From a virus (lineage: Duplodnaviria > Caudoviricetes): DNA of 59,264 bases. The number at the start of each line of letters is the position of its first letter. The stretch's first letter is position 1. The translations under genes were made by a program, and so were the position numbers. Of this stretch, positions 1-8,993 are shown one piece after another. The stretch is from the IMG/VR virus record IMGVR_UViG_3300009481_000013, positions 1 through 59,264 of that record. One strand, 5' to 3'. The notes beneath the pieces were generated by a model. The model made no database searches. It was not told the DNA's origin and worked only from the letters and a program-made list of their open reading frames with translations.

Positions 1-114
1 ATTAAAATTAATTCATCTTTTATACCAAACCTCCGACCTAGACATATTGTTTATGTTCAGAAAGAAGGATATCGTAGATTCGCCGATGTTGACATTCGGA
101 AAGTAAGCAAATGA
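1..114 (+). CDS. 3' end of small protein, probably same paralog family as downstream array
   Basis: Open frame 1 (…RHIVYVQK…IRKVSK*), stop overlaps next ATG (ATGA). Confidence 0.55.
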   Translation: MKINSSFIPNLRPRHIVYVQKEGYRRFADVDIRKVSK

Positions 115-302
115 ACCATTTTAAGAAAGGCAACCTAGTTGTAATAGTTGAAGAAGTCGCTGGAGAAGGGACTTCTATAAACAAAGGTGATTTAGGTATC
201 TATATCGGAAAGGTTAGTAAAAGCCTTCATAGAGTTTATCTGCTTAAAGGTAAGATATTTGTAAGTTTTTTTGAAAATGAGTTTATGAAGGCAAACAAAT
301 GA
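111..302 (+). CDS. small SH3/KOW-like beta-barrel protein (FKKGDLV family)
   Basis: FKKGNLV…DLGIYI…HRVY motif; coupled to neighbours. Confidence 0.7.
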   Translation: MNHFKKGNLVVIVEEVAGEGTSINKGDLGIYIGKVSKSLHRVYLLKGKIFVSFFENEFMKANK

Positions 303-532
303 CCAGTACCTTCAAAAAAGGTGAATTGGTGAAGTTGAGCCCAGAAGCTGGGTATTTTGCAATGATTGACGAATATCAAGATTTAGATTTAATAAATGAT
401 TTAGGCGTCTATATTAAAGCGCATGCATTGAAATGGACAAAAAAACCCTTCGTTCGCCACGATATTTATATGATAAGAGTGGGAAGAATTGTAACGCTCT
501 ATGAGAAAGAATTCGAGCCAATAAGCAAATGA
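299..532 (+). CDS. small SH3/KOW-like protein (FKKGDLV family)
   Basis: FKKGELV…DLGVYI…HDIY. Confidence 0.7.
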   Translation: MTSTFKKGELVKLSPEAGYFAMIDEYQDLDLINDLGVYIKAHALKWTKKPFVRHDIYMIRVGRIVTLYEKEFEPISK

Positions 533-768
533 ACATTGATATTAAAAAAGGTGATTTAGTCGAATTGAGTGAAGTATCCTATCTGAGGAACGTTGAAGGA
601 CTTGAAATCTTAGAACTTGGCGATGTAGGCGTTTACATTAGTCAGGTTTCTGAGACGCCATTCTCTGGTATGACACCGCAAACAACACGGCACATTATCC
701 ATATTTTAAGGGTGAAAAAAGCTATAGTGCTCTTTTATCACGAATTCGAGAAAGTATTGAAAAAATGA
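529..768 (+). CDS. small SH3/KOW-like protein (FKKGDLV family)
   Basis: IKKGDLV…DVGVYI…HIIH. Confidence 0.7.
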   Translation: MNIDIKKGDLVELSEVSYLRNVEGLEILELGDVGVYISQVSETPFSGMTPQTTRHIIHILRVKKAIVLFYHEFEKVLKK

Positions 769-974
769 TCACTGCTAAGTTCAAAAGAGGCGATTTAATT
801 ACCATTAATCATAGCAATCTTATGGCTATTTACATTAGGGATATTTCTTCTAATGATGATATCTACATCAATGCTCAAGCCCGACACTTAGTTTATATAA
901 TAAGATCGAAAAATCGTGGTGGTGAGGCGCTGATGTCTATTACAAATATCAAGAAGGTATTTGTAAATGATTGA
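765..974 (+). CDS. small SH3/KOW-like protein (FKKGDLV family)
   Basis: FKRGDLI…MAIYI…HLVY. Confidence 0.7.
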   Translation: MITAKFKRGDLITINHSNLMAIYIRDISSNDDIYINAQARHLVYIIRSKNRGGEALMSITNIKKVFVND

Positions 975-1164
975 ACCACCTTATAAGCTGCGTCGAGGGG
1001 ATTTGATAGAGTTAAGCAATTTTTCTTATAAAACCGTTTATGAAGGTAATCTGTGCATCTATATTGGATTGAATAAATCTAGACTTTCTCACAAAATATA
1101 CAATATGAAGAGAAAAAAATTCTGTCATTTTAATATTAAATTTATCAAGAAGGTCCAATGTTGA
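967..1164 (+). CDS. small SH3/KOW-like protein (FKKGDLV family)
   Basis: LRRGDLI…NLCIYI…HKIY. Confidence 0.7.
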   Translation: MIEPPYKLRRGDLIELSNFSYKTVYEGNLCIYIGLNKSRLSHKIYNMKRKKFCHFNIKFIKKVQC

Positions 1165-1367
1165 AAGAAGATTATCAAAAGGGTGATTTGGTTAAGGTAG
1201 CCAATTTCTTTACCGCGTCTGAAAGAACGGCGGCAGGCTTGGCTGATATAGAATACGACTTGTGCATCTATATTAGGCAAGGTCGTTTTGTAAACATCCA
1301 CTATCTTTACAATATAAGAAAAAAGAAGTTCTTAGATTATCTCTCAAAAAGTATCAAAAAAAAATAG
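1158..1367 (+). CDS. small SH3/KOW-like protein (FKKGDLV family)
   Basis: YQKGDLV…DLCIYI…HYLY. Confidence 0.7.
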   Translation: MLKEDYQKGDLVKVANFFTASERTAAGLADIEYDLCIYIRQGRFVNIHYLYNIRKKKFLDYLSKSIKKK

Positions 1368-1381
1368 AAAGAAGGTGGCAA

Positions 1382-1651
1382 ATGAACAAGCCTGAACTCA
1401 AGTTTAAGAAGGGTGACTTGATTAGGGTAATAAGATTTAGCATCCCTTCAGCAATAACAGATAAACCGCTTGTGGACTTTCCACTTAATGATGATTTGTG
1501 CATTTATATATGCTTGGATCCCAACAATGAAATGAGTGAAGGCGCGTTCGTGCTGCACAAAGTTTATAATCTCAGATTGAAAAAAGAATTTTATCATTAT
1601 TCAAACGTGTTAGAGAGCGTATCAAATAAACCCGCTTTCAAACTTTCATAA
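1382..1651 (+). CDS. small SH3/KOW-like protein (FKKGDLV family)
   Basis: FKKGDLI…DLCIYI…HKVY; AAGGTGG RBS. Confidence 0.7.
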   Translation: MNKPELKFKKGDLIRVIRFSIPSAITDKPLVDFPLNDDLCIYICLDPNNEMSEGAFVLHKVYNLRLKKEFYHYSNVLESVSNKPAFKLS

Positions 1652-1672
1652 AGCCTTAAAGGATAAAACAAG

Positions 1673-1882
1673 ATGACATCAACTTTTAAGAAAGGCGACT
1701 TGGTAAGAGTAGTAACCAATATACCAGGTTCTGGCATTTGTGAAAGATTGGGGATTTATTTAGGTTACGAGTCAAAACATCAACTTTTTTATCCTCATTG
1801 TGTATTTGTAATGCAAACAGGCAAAAAAAGCAAAAATAATAAATATGAAGTTTTTAGAAGTTGTGAGGTTAGAAAGGTTTGA
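1673..1882 (+). CDS. small SH3/KOW-like protein (FKKGDLV family)
   Basis: FKKGDLV…LGIYL…HCVF. Confidence 0.7.
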   Translation: MTSTFKKGDLVRVVTNIPGSGICERLGIYLGYESKHQLFYPHCVFVMQTGKKSKNNKYEVFRSCEVRKV

Positions 1883-2133
1883 ACCAATCAATGAAAATTT
1901 TTGAAAAAGGCATTTTGGTGCAAACTGTTCATTCGGACTATTATTCAAAGAATAGTCCAGCTGGTCGTTTGGGTGTTTTGTTAAAATTTATTGGAGAACC
2001 TAGCCCGATAACTGGTTTAAAAGGCAGAAGGTTGTGGCAAGTTTGGTGGCAAGGTACTGACGATGTGTGCCTTGTAGATGAGCGATATATTAAAAATATG
2101 TTTCACACTTCGATACGCGATTGTAAATTTTAA
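1879..2133 (+). CDS. small SH3/KOW-like protein
   Basis: FEKGILV…LGVLL…WQVWW. Confidence 0.65.
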   Translation: MNQSMKIFEKGILVQTVHSDYYSKNSPAGRLGVLLKFIGEPSPITGLKGRRLWQVWWQGTDDVCLVDERYIKNMFHTSIRDCKF

Positions 2134-2390
2134 TGCTAAAACAAAATTATAGAAAAGGCGAGCTTCTTTACATTAAGAATGAGGATCGACTACCTATTTC
2201 ATTGAAAAATTGTCAAGGAAAAATGGGAATCTTCCTTTTTGAAGAGCGTAAGGCAGAAAAAATTGGTCGTTATGAAGTTTATGTCTTAGGTGTGGGAAAA
2301 AGGTGGTTTGCATCGTTCGAGATAGAGCCTTTTGCTCCAAGTTTGCACCGAGAGGCACCAACAGAGCTTGATGGGACGAACGATGTTTAA
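2133..2390 (+). CDS. small SH3/KOW-like protein
   Basis: YRKGELL…MGIFL…YEVY. Confidence 0.65.
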   Translation: MLKQNYRKGELLYIKNEDRLPISLKNCQGKMGIFLFEERKAEKIGRYEVYVLGVGKRWFASFEIEPFAPSLHREAPTELDGTNDV

Positions 2391-2682
2391 AAAAGGTGAC
2401 TTAGTTGCGCTTGAACATTGCAAAGATCCCAAGTGTTGCGATAAGAAAACATCTTACTTGTGTGGTTGTTTAGACGTTGAATGTTTCAAAAAAGGTCACT
2501 TATTGATTGTTCTGAAGAAAGCGAATACTGCATATATACCCCCACCAATCAATCAAATCAAATATAGAGAAGGTGAATGGGATAGATATGAACTCTATGA
2601 CCTTAATCGGTATTGGAAATCAAGAAAAAAAACTACATTTTACAGTATACATTTAAAATTGGTCAATAGAAATGAGGTCTAA
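2383..2682 (+). CDS. small SH3/KOW-like protein with Cys-rich insert
   Basis: MFKKGDLV start at 2383, six Cys in the first loop. Confidence 0.65.
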   Translation: MFKKGDLVALEHCKDPKCCDKKTSYLCGCLDVECFKKGHLLIVLKKANTAYIPPPINQIKYREGEWDRYELYDLNRYWKSRKKTTFYSIHLKLVNRNEV

Positions 2683-2941
2683 AGTGTCGGCATTATCAGG
2701 TGGAAGAGTATCTTATAACGTTCCTCAAGAGCATAAAAGAGGTGATCTGGTCTTAACGACAAACTCATTTAGTCGAGATAAAAAGTGGTATGGGATAGTA
2801 TTGAATTGTAGAGCTTATATGGGCACTCAGTACCGACTTTACGATTTGTTGGTCTTAAGTTTAAATAATAGAAATGTAAAAGTCTTGGTTAGAAATACAG
2901 AAATAGAGAAAGCTTCAAAGAAAGGAAACAATAGTGTTTGA
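2672..2941 (+). CDS. small SH3/KOW-like protein
   Basis: HKRGDLV…YGIVL…YDLL. Confidence 0.65.
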   Translation: MRSKVSALSGGRVSYNVPQEHKRGDLVLTTNSFSRDKKWYGIVLNCRAYMGTQYRLYDLLVLSLNNRNVKVLVRNTEIEKASKKGNNSV

Positions 2942-3557
2942 TTTTATTGTTAATATATTCTCAAAAAAAGAAAACCAACATCCGCAAGATATATTAAATG
3001 CAAAGATGTTTGAAAACTACCCAGGTTTAAAAATGAAGTTCCTCGGCTATACACGAGGTCACAAAAGAGTATACTCAAGTGTTGGCATTTGTGAACATCT
3101 TGCCTATCTGGATGCTTCCACTAAAGAAGATAAGATGAATATTTTGCAAAATCGTATAAAACGTGCTGGTTTGAGTGAATTTGGCTTATGTCCTCAGACA
3201 GTTCTTGATGGTGAAGGGTTTTTGAATATTCCTATGATTGATTTTGTTGGCAATCATAATGCTAACTATTTTAAAACGATGGCTCAAACGATGGGCGACA
3301 AGCTGCCTTTCTTGAGAGGAGCTAAGCTTTTTATTTTTCACAGCGGAAACAGTTATCATGGCTATGTCGATAAGATGATTGATTCAGAGAACTATCTCAA
3401 GTGGGGCAACTTCTTGCTTGAATCATCTGGAGTTGATCGCGCCTGGGTTAAGATGGGTATGCGGTGCCTTAGATGGTCTTTGAGTAAAGAAAATAATCGT
3501 AAAAAGCCTTCTCTATTTCAGGAGTTTGAGATTGGCACTAGGACATCAAAATGCTAA
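2934..3557 (+). CDS. archaeo-eukaryotic primase (AEP)-like protein
   Basis: IPMIDF, FHSGNSYHGY (AEP motif II-like SGxxxH) and VDRAW…LR motifs. Confidence 0.55.
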   Translation: MFDFIVNIFSKKENQHPQDILNAKMFENYPGLKMKFLGYTRGHKRVYSSVGICEHLAYLDASTKEDKMNILQNRIKRAGLSEFGLCPQTVLDGEGFLNIPMIDFVGNHNANYFKTMAQTMGDKLPFLRGAKLFIFHSGNSYHGYVDKMIDSENYLKWGNFLLESSGVDRAWVKMGMRCLRWSLSKENNRKKPSLFQEFEIGTRTSKC

Positions 3558-3745
3558 AAAGGGGTCAACTAGTGAAAATAGTAAATGATAAATCTAATCA
3601 TCCGCTTCAGCAGGCTGGCAAAATTGGTGTTATTGTAGACGTTAAAAATTATCAAAATGTGACGCTATATTTTGTAGATATTCAAAATACGAATAACAAG
3701 AAGCTTAATTTTTCTTATCTAGAAGAATCTCTTTTTCTGTTGTAG
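3551..3745 (+). CDS. small SH3/KOW-like protein
   Basis: LKRGQLV…IGVIV…YFVD. Confidence 0.65.
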   Translation: MLKRGQLVKIVNDKSNHPLQQAGKIGVIVDVKNYQNVTLYFVDIQNTNNKKLNFSYLEESLFLL

Positions 3746-3759
3746 ATAGAAGAGGCAAA

Positions 3760-3987
3760 ATGGATACTAAATGCAAAAAATGTCATAAAGAAAAAATAAC
3801 AGTTCAACTTCAAACTTGTTTGGGCTATACTTACTATGAGAAGAACGCTTGCAAGTGTTGTGATTTAGAATTGTTTGGTCCTTGCAAATGTAGCCTTTTC
3901 CTGCCTTCGTCGTCCTGTGGACTTTCAAACGTTTTTTGGAGAGGGCATATTGAGTACTGGCGGCATATTTTTGGAAGATTTAAATAA
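3760..3987 (+). CDS. Cys-rich hypothetical protein
   Basis: GAGG RBS, CxxC motifs. Confidence 0.45.
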   Translation: MDTKCKKCHKEKITVQLQTCLGYTYYEKNACKCCDLELFGPCKCSLFLPSSSCGLSNVFWRGHIEYWRHIFGRFK

Positions 3988-4213
3988 AGTTCCTGACAAA
4001 TGTAGTTTAGTTGAAATAACTAAAAGCTCACGCTATGGAAAACACAAAATCGAAATAGGCAATGTTGGTATTTTTGTCGAGTTTGTCAAAACATCTACAG
4101 AAGAAAAAGAATATGGTGGCTTAATACTAGAGTGGTTTTATGTATATCTGCCTAATATCGGACAAACTATATGTGTTCCAAGGACTGAGTTTAAGGTCTT
4201 GAATAAGGCTTGA
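3875..4213 (+). CDS. SH3/KOW-like protein (true start probably downstream)
   Basis: SLVEI…VGIFV…YVYL pattern like the array. Confidence 0.5.
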   Translation: MVLANVAFSCLRRPVDFQTFFGEGILSTGGIFLEDLNKVPDKCSLVEITKSSRYGKHKIEIGNVGIFVEFVKTSTEEKEYGGLILEWFYVYLPNIGQTICVPRTEFKVLNKA

Positions 4214-4238
4214 CATTGTGTTTGTACTGTGTTAATCT
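4210..4238 (+). promoter_or_regulatory. sigma70-type promoter
   Basis: TTGACA-17 nt-TAATCT with TG extension. Confidence 0.65.
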
Positions 4239-4272
4239 CAGTTAGGTAATAATAAACTTTAGGAGATTTTTC

Positions 4273-4602
4273 GTGAATGATGCCGAAGTAAGTTTTGAAC
4301 TAGAAGATTTGCGCTCCATTACAAAAGAAGCTATTGAAAAAAACAATAAAGATAGTGAAATTAAAATAACCCCTTTAAGTGATTCCTCGATTAATAATCA
4401 TATCCAAAATATGGAAAAAGATATTCAAGATTTTGCAAAGCAAGGTTTTTTTGAAGTCTTTTGGGATTTTGGAACTAGTAATATTCCTCTATTTCACGTG
4501 AGACAAATCTCAAAAGCTTTCAAACAAAAGCATCCACAATTCAGGCAAAAAACACATTCAGGAACCCTAAAGATTAGCGTCTATTGGGGAACAGAGTTTT
4601 AA
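4273..4602 (+). CDS. hypothetical protein
   Basis: AGGAG RBS, GTG start, downstream of promoter. Confidence 0.6.
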   Translation: MNDAEVSFELEDLRSITKEAIEKNNKDSEIKITPLSDSSINNHIQNMEKDIQDFAKQGFFEVFWDFGTSNIPLFHVRQISKAFKQKHPQFRQKTHSGTLKISVYWGTEF

Positions 4603-4622
4603 ATTAAGAAAGGAAACATCAA

Positions 4623-5042
4623 ATGAGTAATGAAAAACCACATTGTCTTTCAGATTACTGGCAGATTGAACACAATCGTCGCTTGAGCGCAAAAAATACA
4701 AAGATGCCAAACAGAATGAACGATTCGTCAGCTCAGCATTATATCAAAAAAGGAAAAGTTCCTCACAAAAGATATGGCAAGACTTGTGGCAAATACAATC
4801 CAAAATACAGGCGAGTCAAGAAAGGCAACAAAGCTATTTTTCAGTACGGAGAAGTAGTATCTGTTAACAATCGTCAAGGATATATTCGAGATCATTATGA
4901 ATATGATGGTGTTATCTTTTACCAAATCGCTTGGCGTGTAGGAGATTCACAACTTTCTTGGTACGATAGGCATATCGGAAATGACAAAGTTCCTAGTCGT
5001 GGCTGGACCGAAGCACGTTTTATCAAGAGAATCGATGAATAA
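4623..5042 (+). CDS. hypothetical protein with C-terminal SH3-like domain
   Basis: AAGGA RBS; FQYGEVV…GYI…YQIAW. Confidence 0.6.
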   Translation: MSNEKPHCLSDYWQIEHNRRLSAKNTKMPNRMNDSSAQHYIKKGKVPHKRYGKTCGKYNPKYRRVKKGNKAIFQYGEVVSVNNRQGYIRDHYEYDGVIFYQIAWRVGDSQLSWYDRHIGNDKVPSRGWTEARFIKRIDE

Positions 5043-5265
5043 GACTAACCTCATAGTTGACATTGAAGCAAAAGGTATGTATACGGAACAAGAATTGCGT
5101 TATTTGTCAGAACAGATTTGCAACTTCCTTTCTGGACCCCACGGAAATGGAATTACTGTAGGTACTCGTTACGACAAGAGTGATAAAACATTTGAAGTGT
5201 CAGATGTAAATATCAAACACCCTTCAAGCCTTGTATGGACAGCAAGCTGGTTCTCAGGTGATTAA
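5035..5265 (+). CDS. hypothetical protein
   Basis: ORF coupled to neighbours. Confidence 0.5.
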   Translation: MNKTNLIVDIEAKGMYTEQELRYLSEQICNFLSGPHGNGITVGTRYDKSDKTFEVSDVNIKHPSSLVWTASWFSGD

Positions 5266-5537
5266 TGGCTAGAATTTTCTTCTTTACTAAACAACCTATC
5301 GAGATTGTCAGAATTCTTGACGGAAAGCTTGATGATTGCAGATTAGAAAAGCACCCCATTCGTTTAATAAATGGGGAAGAATATGTTTATAGTTATTGCA
5401 AATTTCGGAAAATAAGATTTAGAGAAGATGGTCGTCGATATCTAATGATTTATTTAGAATCAGAATTTGAATATTTCCCAGCCATAAAAGTAAGAAAGAT
5501 CTTTGATGATGATGAATGTTGCCCTGACCAACGATGA
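5265..5537 (+). CDS. hypothetical protein
   Basis: ORF coupled (TAATG). Confidence 0.5.
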   Translation: MARIFFFTKQPIEIVRILDGKLDDCRLEKHPIRLINGEEYVYSYCKFRKIRFREDGRRYLMIYLESEFEYFPAIKVRKIFDDDECCPDQR

Positions 5538-5805
5538 GTTTAAAACCATAACAAAGATAACCAGTAGACCGCAAATTGTGATTTATATTGCCCTGTTGGA
5601 TAGGGCAAACAGAGATACTAACTGGGATTGGCACGTTAATGTAGGCTATATCGACTTCTTATTGAAAGAAACACCTTTCAGCAAAGGAACGATTACGGAA
5701 TCTCTTCAGCATCTAGCTTGGGATGGTCACATTGAAAAAACAGGCGACCCAATGATTCCATTTCCTGACTGTCCAATTTTAATCACTTCAAGAAAACAAC
5801 AATGA
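5503..5805 (+). CDS. putative winged-helix DNA-binding protein
   Basis: …IYIALL…TPFSKGTITESLQHLAWDGHIEK resembles a wHTH. Confidence 0.45.
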   Translation: MMMMNVALTNDEFKTITKITSRPQIVIYIALLDRANRDTNWDWHVNVGYIDFLLKETPFSKGTITESLQHLAWDGHIEKTGDPMIPFPDCPILITSRKQQ

Positions 5806-6020
5806 ATATTATCTTATTTAAACGTGGCGATTTAGTCATCGACGCAGCAAGAAATCTACACGGCTTAATCGTAGAGGTTGGTCTTAAGTCTGTAACCGTC
5901 AAATGGGCTAACAAGCCAATGATAAAAGAATATAGAAAAGAACAACTAATGCTTAATTCTTACCTCCGTCAAAAAATAATGGACGGAACATATCTTTACA
6001 ACGAAAAGGCAAATAAATGA
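5802..6020 (+). CDS. small SH3/KOW-like protein
   Basis: FKRGDLV…GLIVEV…VTVKW. Confidence 0.65.
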   Translation: MNIILFKRGDLVIDAARNLHGLIVEVGLKSVTVKWANKPMIKEYRKEQLMLNSYLRQKIMDGTYLYNEKANK

Positions 6021-6574
6021 GTAAAATGATTTTTGACACACTAAAATATGCTTGGACAGACCTTGAAACCACAGGAACCGAAACAGAAGGTGGTGGTATT
6101 TTGGAAGTAGCTTGCATTATCACTGATAGAGCCCTTCAAGAGCTAGGTCGTTTTCACACTCTTGTCCATCCAGGTGATGAAGCGCTAAAAAATATGAGTC
6201 CGTATGTAGCAAATATGCACACTTCGAACAACCTCTTGAGAGACATTCAGGCTCTTGATGTCCCTTCTATTGAAGAAGCAGATGAAAAGTTTGCCGATTT
6301 CCTTAGGCATTACAATCAAGGTGAGCCAAAAGATATCATCCTCGCAGGAAACACCGTTGAGGGAGTAGATTTACCTTTCATTAAGTCTTTTATGCCATTA
6401 TCAAATAAAGAAAAACATTATAGGTATTTTGATATCACTTCTTTAAGGATTGGTGGTGGAATCAAGAATGGGCACGATGTAGATTTCGAAAAATCTCGTG
6501 GTCATCGAGCTTTTGACGATGTGCTTGAGTGTATTGAAGAGTTCAAATTTCTCAGAGCACAAATTCTCAAATAA
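6017..6574 (+). CDS. orn: oligoribonuclease (DEDDh exonuclease)
   Basis: WTDLETTG, ILEVACIITD, MHTSNNL, LAGN, HYRYFD, HRAFDDVLECIEE. Confidence 0.9.
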   Translation: MSKMIFDTLKYAWTDLETTGTETEGGGILEVACIITDRALQELGRFHTLVHPGDEALKNMSPYVANMHTSNNLLRDIQALDVPSIEEADEKFADFLRHYNQGEPKDIILAGNTVEGVDLPFIKSFMPLSNKEKHYRYFDITSLRIGGGIKNGHDVDFEKSRGHRAFDDVLECIEEFKFLRAQILK

Positions 6575-6892
6575 ATGTTTAAAGTTTTATTTTTTAGCTC
6601 TCTATTTTTTACCCTTCAACCAACAGTTTATCAAGCCACTTGGATTACGACTGGTTATGGTTACGGAGCACCAAAGAAAAGTATCATAGTAGTAAAACCG
6701 TGTCAACCAGTAAATCACTACGATAAAGCAAAGTTTAATCGATTTTGTGCAAACGCGGGTAAATACCTTAAACATCAAAAAGGAAGTATGTTCTGCACTC
6801 ACTCAGGTCTACTTACAAAAGAGAAATGTGAAGATGTTGTTCGTCAAAATACGAAAGGAAAACGAACTATTTTAAGACTAATCGAAGATTGA
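6575..6892 (+). CDS. exported hypothetical protein
   Basis: N-terminal signal-like hydrophobic stretch. Confidence 0.5.
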   Translation: MFKVLFFSSLFFTLQPTVYQATWITTGYGYGAPKKSIIVVKPCQPVNHYDKAKFNRFCANAGKYLKHQKGSMFCTHSGLLTKEKCEDVVRQNTKGKRTILRLIED

Positions 6893-7018
6893 AAAGTTTG
6901 GACTGTAAAAGCTTTCTACGCTCTGCTAAGATGATGCAAACAGAGCGACAAACAACATCGCAAAACGCAGGAGCGGACGACTCTGGATTTCCTCAGCGGT
7001 GTTATAGGAAGACTAAGT

Positions 7019-7540
7019 ATGGCAAAGTTTAAAATTGGAGATTGGGTGGAGATTACTCCAAATCCTGATACTTCTTGGAGTGAATGGTCAACTAATCACG
7101 ATAGCTTTTGCGGAGCTATCGGTTACATTGGCGAAATAAGAGATAGCTTCTCTCAATTTGAAGATAACGACAAAATAAAAATCATTGTAGACTTTCGGGA
7201 AGATGTTTTCGGAGGTGGATATAATAGAAATTTTCTATGGTTCCTTAAGCGGCACGTAATCCTTTCAAACAAAACTTCAGAAGAAACAAAACAAAATCTT
7301 AGAAAGAGAGGAAGCGAACTTCAACGATGGGAAGCAACAAAGCGTTCAGTTGTAGACAAAAGTTTAAAAAAAGTCTTTTCGCCTCAGAAGAAGAAAAAAG
7401 TACCCGAAAAAGTAGATATCTGGGATGAAAAAACTGATCCAATGATCTCTATACCTAAGAGGACTAATGATAAAACATTTGATTTATTTGATGATGGTAT
7501 TGATATAGATGACTGGCTTAATGATACTTTTGGTCCCTAA
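7019..7540 (+). CDS. protein with N-terminal SH3-like domain and acidic tail
   Basis: FKIGDWVEI…IGYI; acidic DDWLND C-terminus. Confidence 0.65.
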   Translation: MAKFKIGDWVEITPNPDTSWSEWSTNHDSFCGAIGYIGEIRDSFSQFEDNDKIKIIVDFREDVFGGGYNRNFLWFLKRHVILSNKTSEETKQNLRKRGSELQRWEATKRSVVDKSLKKVFSPQKKKKVPEKVDIWDEKTDPMISIPKRTNDKTFDLFDDGIDIDDWLNDTFGP

Positions 7541-7549
7541 GAGGAAAAT

Positions 7550-7756
7550 ATGCAAGTTAAAGAACTGCGCGAAGCACTTGAAGATTTAAATGATGAAGAC
7601 GAAGTTGTCATTGAGATTCGAAGTTTTACTTGGGGGTGCTACAAGAAGGTTAAAGACCTTCAAAAGAAAACACTTCAACAAAAGGGTGAATTTTTTGAAG
7701 ACGAAACCTATCTTGGAGAGCCTGAATTTCCAGTCAATGTTGCCATCCTCAAATGA
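7550..7756 (+). CDS. hypothetical protein
   Basis: GAGG RBS; MQVKELREAL…DEVVI common small phage protein start. Confidence 0.6.
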   Translation: MQVKELREALEDLNDEDEVVIEIRSFTWGCYKKVKDLQKKTLQQKGEFFEDETYLGEPEFPVNVAILK

Positions 7757-8096
7757 CCTAACCGAGATATTCGAAGAAATTACTATGGAATCAGAACTTA
7801 TGTATTGGAAGAATCACCCTTTGTTTAGAGAAGTATCTTTTGAAATGTCTACAAAAGGCATCGAATCAATCAAATCAGAATCATTTCTAACGAACACCAA
7901 AGAACTACCTTATTTGCCAAAAGAAATACCGTTTAAGTTATTGTATATGCTCGGAACATATTTTGCCGATTCTACAATTAATACTCATCGTAATTTTTGG
8001 GTATATGTGATGATGGAATGCGATACTAAAACTTATGAAAATCTTTTAAAAATGCACTCAAAGGAATTGAGAGAAAAGATTTCACCAGTATGTTGA
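7590..8096 (+). CDS. hypothetical protein (true start probably ~7740-7790)
   Basis: ORF; 5' part overlaps previous gene. Confidence 0.45.
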   Translation: MMKTKLSLRFEVLLGGATRRLKTFKRKHFNKRVNFLKTKPILESLNFQSMLPSSNDLTEIFEEITMESELMYWKNHPLFREVSFEMSTKGIESIKSESFLTNTKELPYLPKEIPFKLLYMLGTYFADSTINTHRNFWVYVMMECDTKTYENLLKMHSKELREKISPVC

Positions 8097-8311
8097 AAGA
8101 ATTAAAAAAAGGATCCCTAGTAAGACATTTAATTATTAAAAATATGAACGGAATAGTGATTTCGCCAAACGGTAGGGCAGAGAAAAGATATTATAAAGTT
8201 TATTGGCTGCTAAACTCCAAATGCGCAGGATTAAATAAAAAAAATAACAAGCGCTGGGAAAGTAGAAACAATTTAGTGGTTTATGAAAAAGAAAACCTTC
8301 AAGAAAGGTGA
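8090..8311 (+). CDS. small SH3/KOW-like protein
   Basis: LKKGSLV…GIVI…YKVYW. Confidence 0.65.
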   Translation: MLKELKKGSLVRHLIIKNMNGIVISPNGRAEKRYYKVYWLLNSKCAGLNKKNNKRWESRNNLVVYEKENLQER

Positions 8312-8498
8312 ACTGGTTTGGCTTTGGTGGAGAACCAAGGATGATGATCCCTTCACCGTATTAGACCAGCCCTACAAAAGATTCGCCATAGTCTTGGTTG
8401 CTAATGAACTTTTACAAGTAGCCGATATTAGCGTTCAAAAATATAAAATCCTAAAAAGAGTTCCTTACACTTATTTAGAACATTCAAACAAAGTCTAA
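8283..8498 (+). CDS. small SH3/KOW-like protein
   Basis: FKKGELV…AIVL. Confidence 0.65.
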   Translation: MKKKTFKKGELVWLWWRTKDDDPFTVLDQPYKRFAIVLVANELLQVADISVQKYKILKRVPYTYLEHSNKV

Positions 8499-8508
8499 AC
8501 ATAGAAGA

Positions 8509-8540
8509 GCCCCGCACTATTTACAGTTGCGGGGTTTTTT
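8509..8540 (+). terminator. intrinsic terminator with CTANTTA motif in its loop
   Basis: GCCCCGCA/TGCGGGGT stem followed by T run. Confidence 0.8.
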
Positions 8541-8993
8541 ATGATACTAGCTTTAAATGAATGGAAGGCTTTTCTTGGAGAAGCTAAAAGAAAAGAATGG
8601 GACTCAGCCCATGTCATCTTGATTAAGGGCAAAAAGGTACTTCTAGTACAGCGCTCTATCGACGATAGCTGGATGCCTGAGAAATGGGCAACTCCAGGTG
8701 GAGAGCTTGATAAAGGTGAGACTCTTGAGCAAGGTCTCAAAAGAGAAATAAAAGAAGAAACTGGTCTTGAAGTAGAACTTGAAGATCTGTTTTATCTTCC
8801 AGCCATTAGTTATAAAATGAAGCACGCTTTCTACGCTTGTAATAAAAGCGCAGGCAAGTTAGAGATTAATGCTAATGGTGTTCACGAACACGAAGCAGCA
8901 AAATGGGTTACCCAAAGTGAAATCACTAATATGGATACTGTTCCAGATATGTTAGAAGTTGTGAAAGAAGCGTTTAAGGTTGTGGGAAAATAA
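8541..8993 (+). CDS. NUDIX hydrolase
   Basis: Nudix box GGELDKGETLEQGLKREIKEETGL. Confidence 0.92.
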   Translation: MILALNEWKAFLGEAKRKEWDSAHVILIKGKKVLLVQRSIDDSWMPEKWATPGGELDKGETLEQGLKREIKEETGLEVELEDLFYLPAISYKMKHAFYACNKSAGKLEINANGVHEHEAAKWVTQSEITNMDTVPDMLEVVKEAFKVVGK

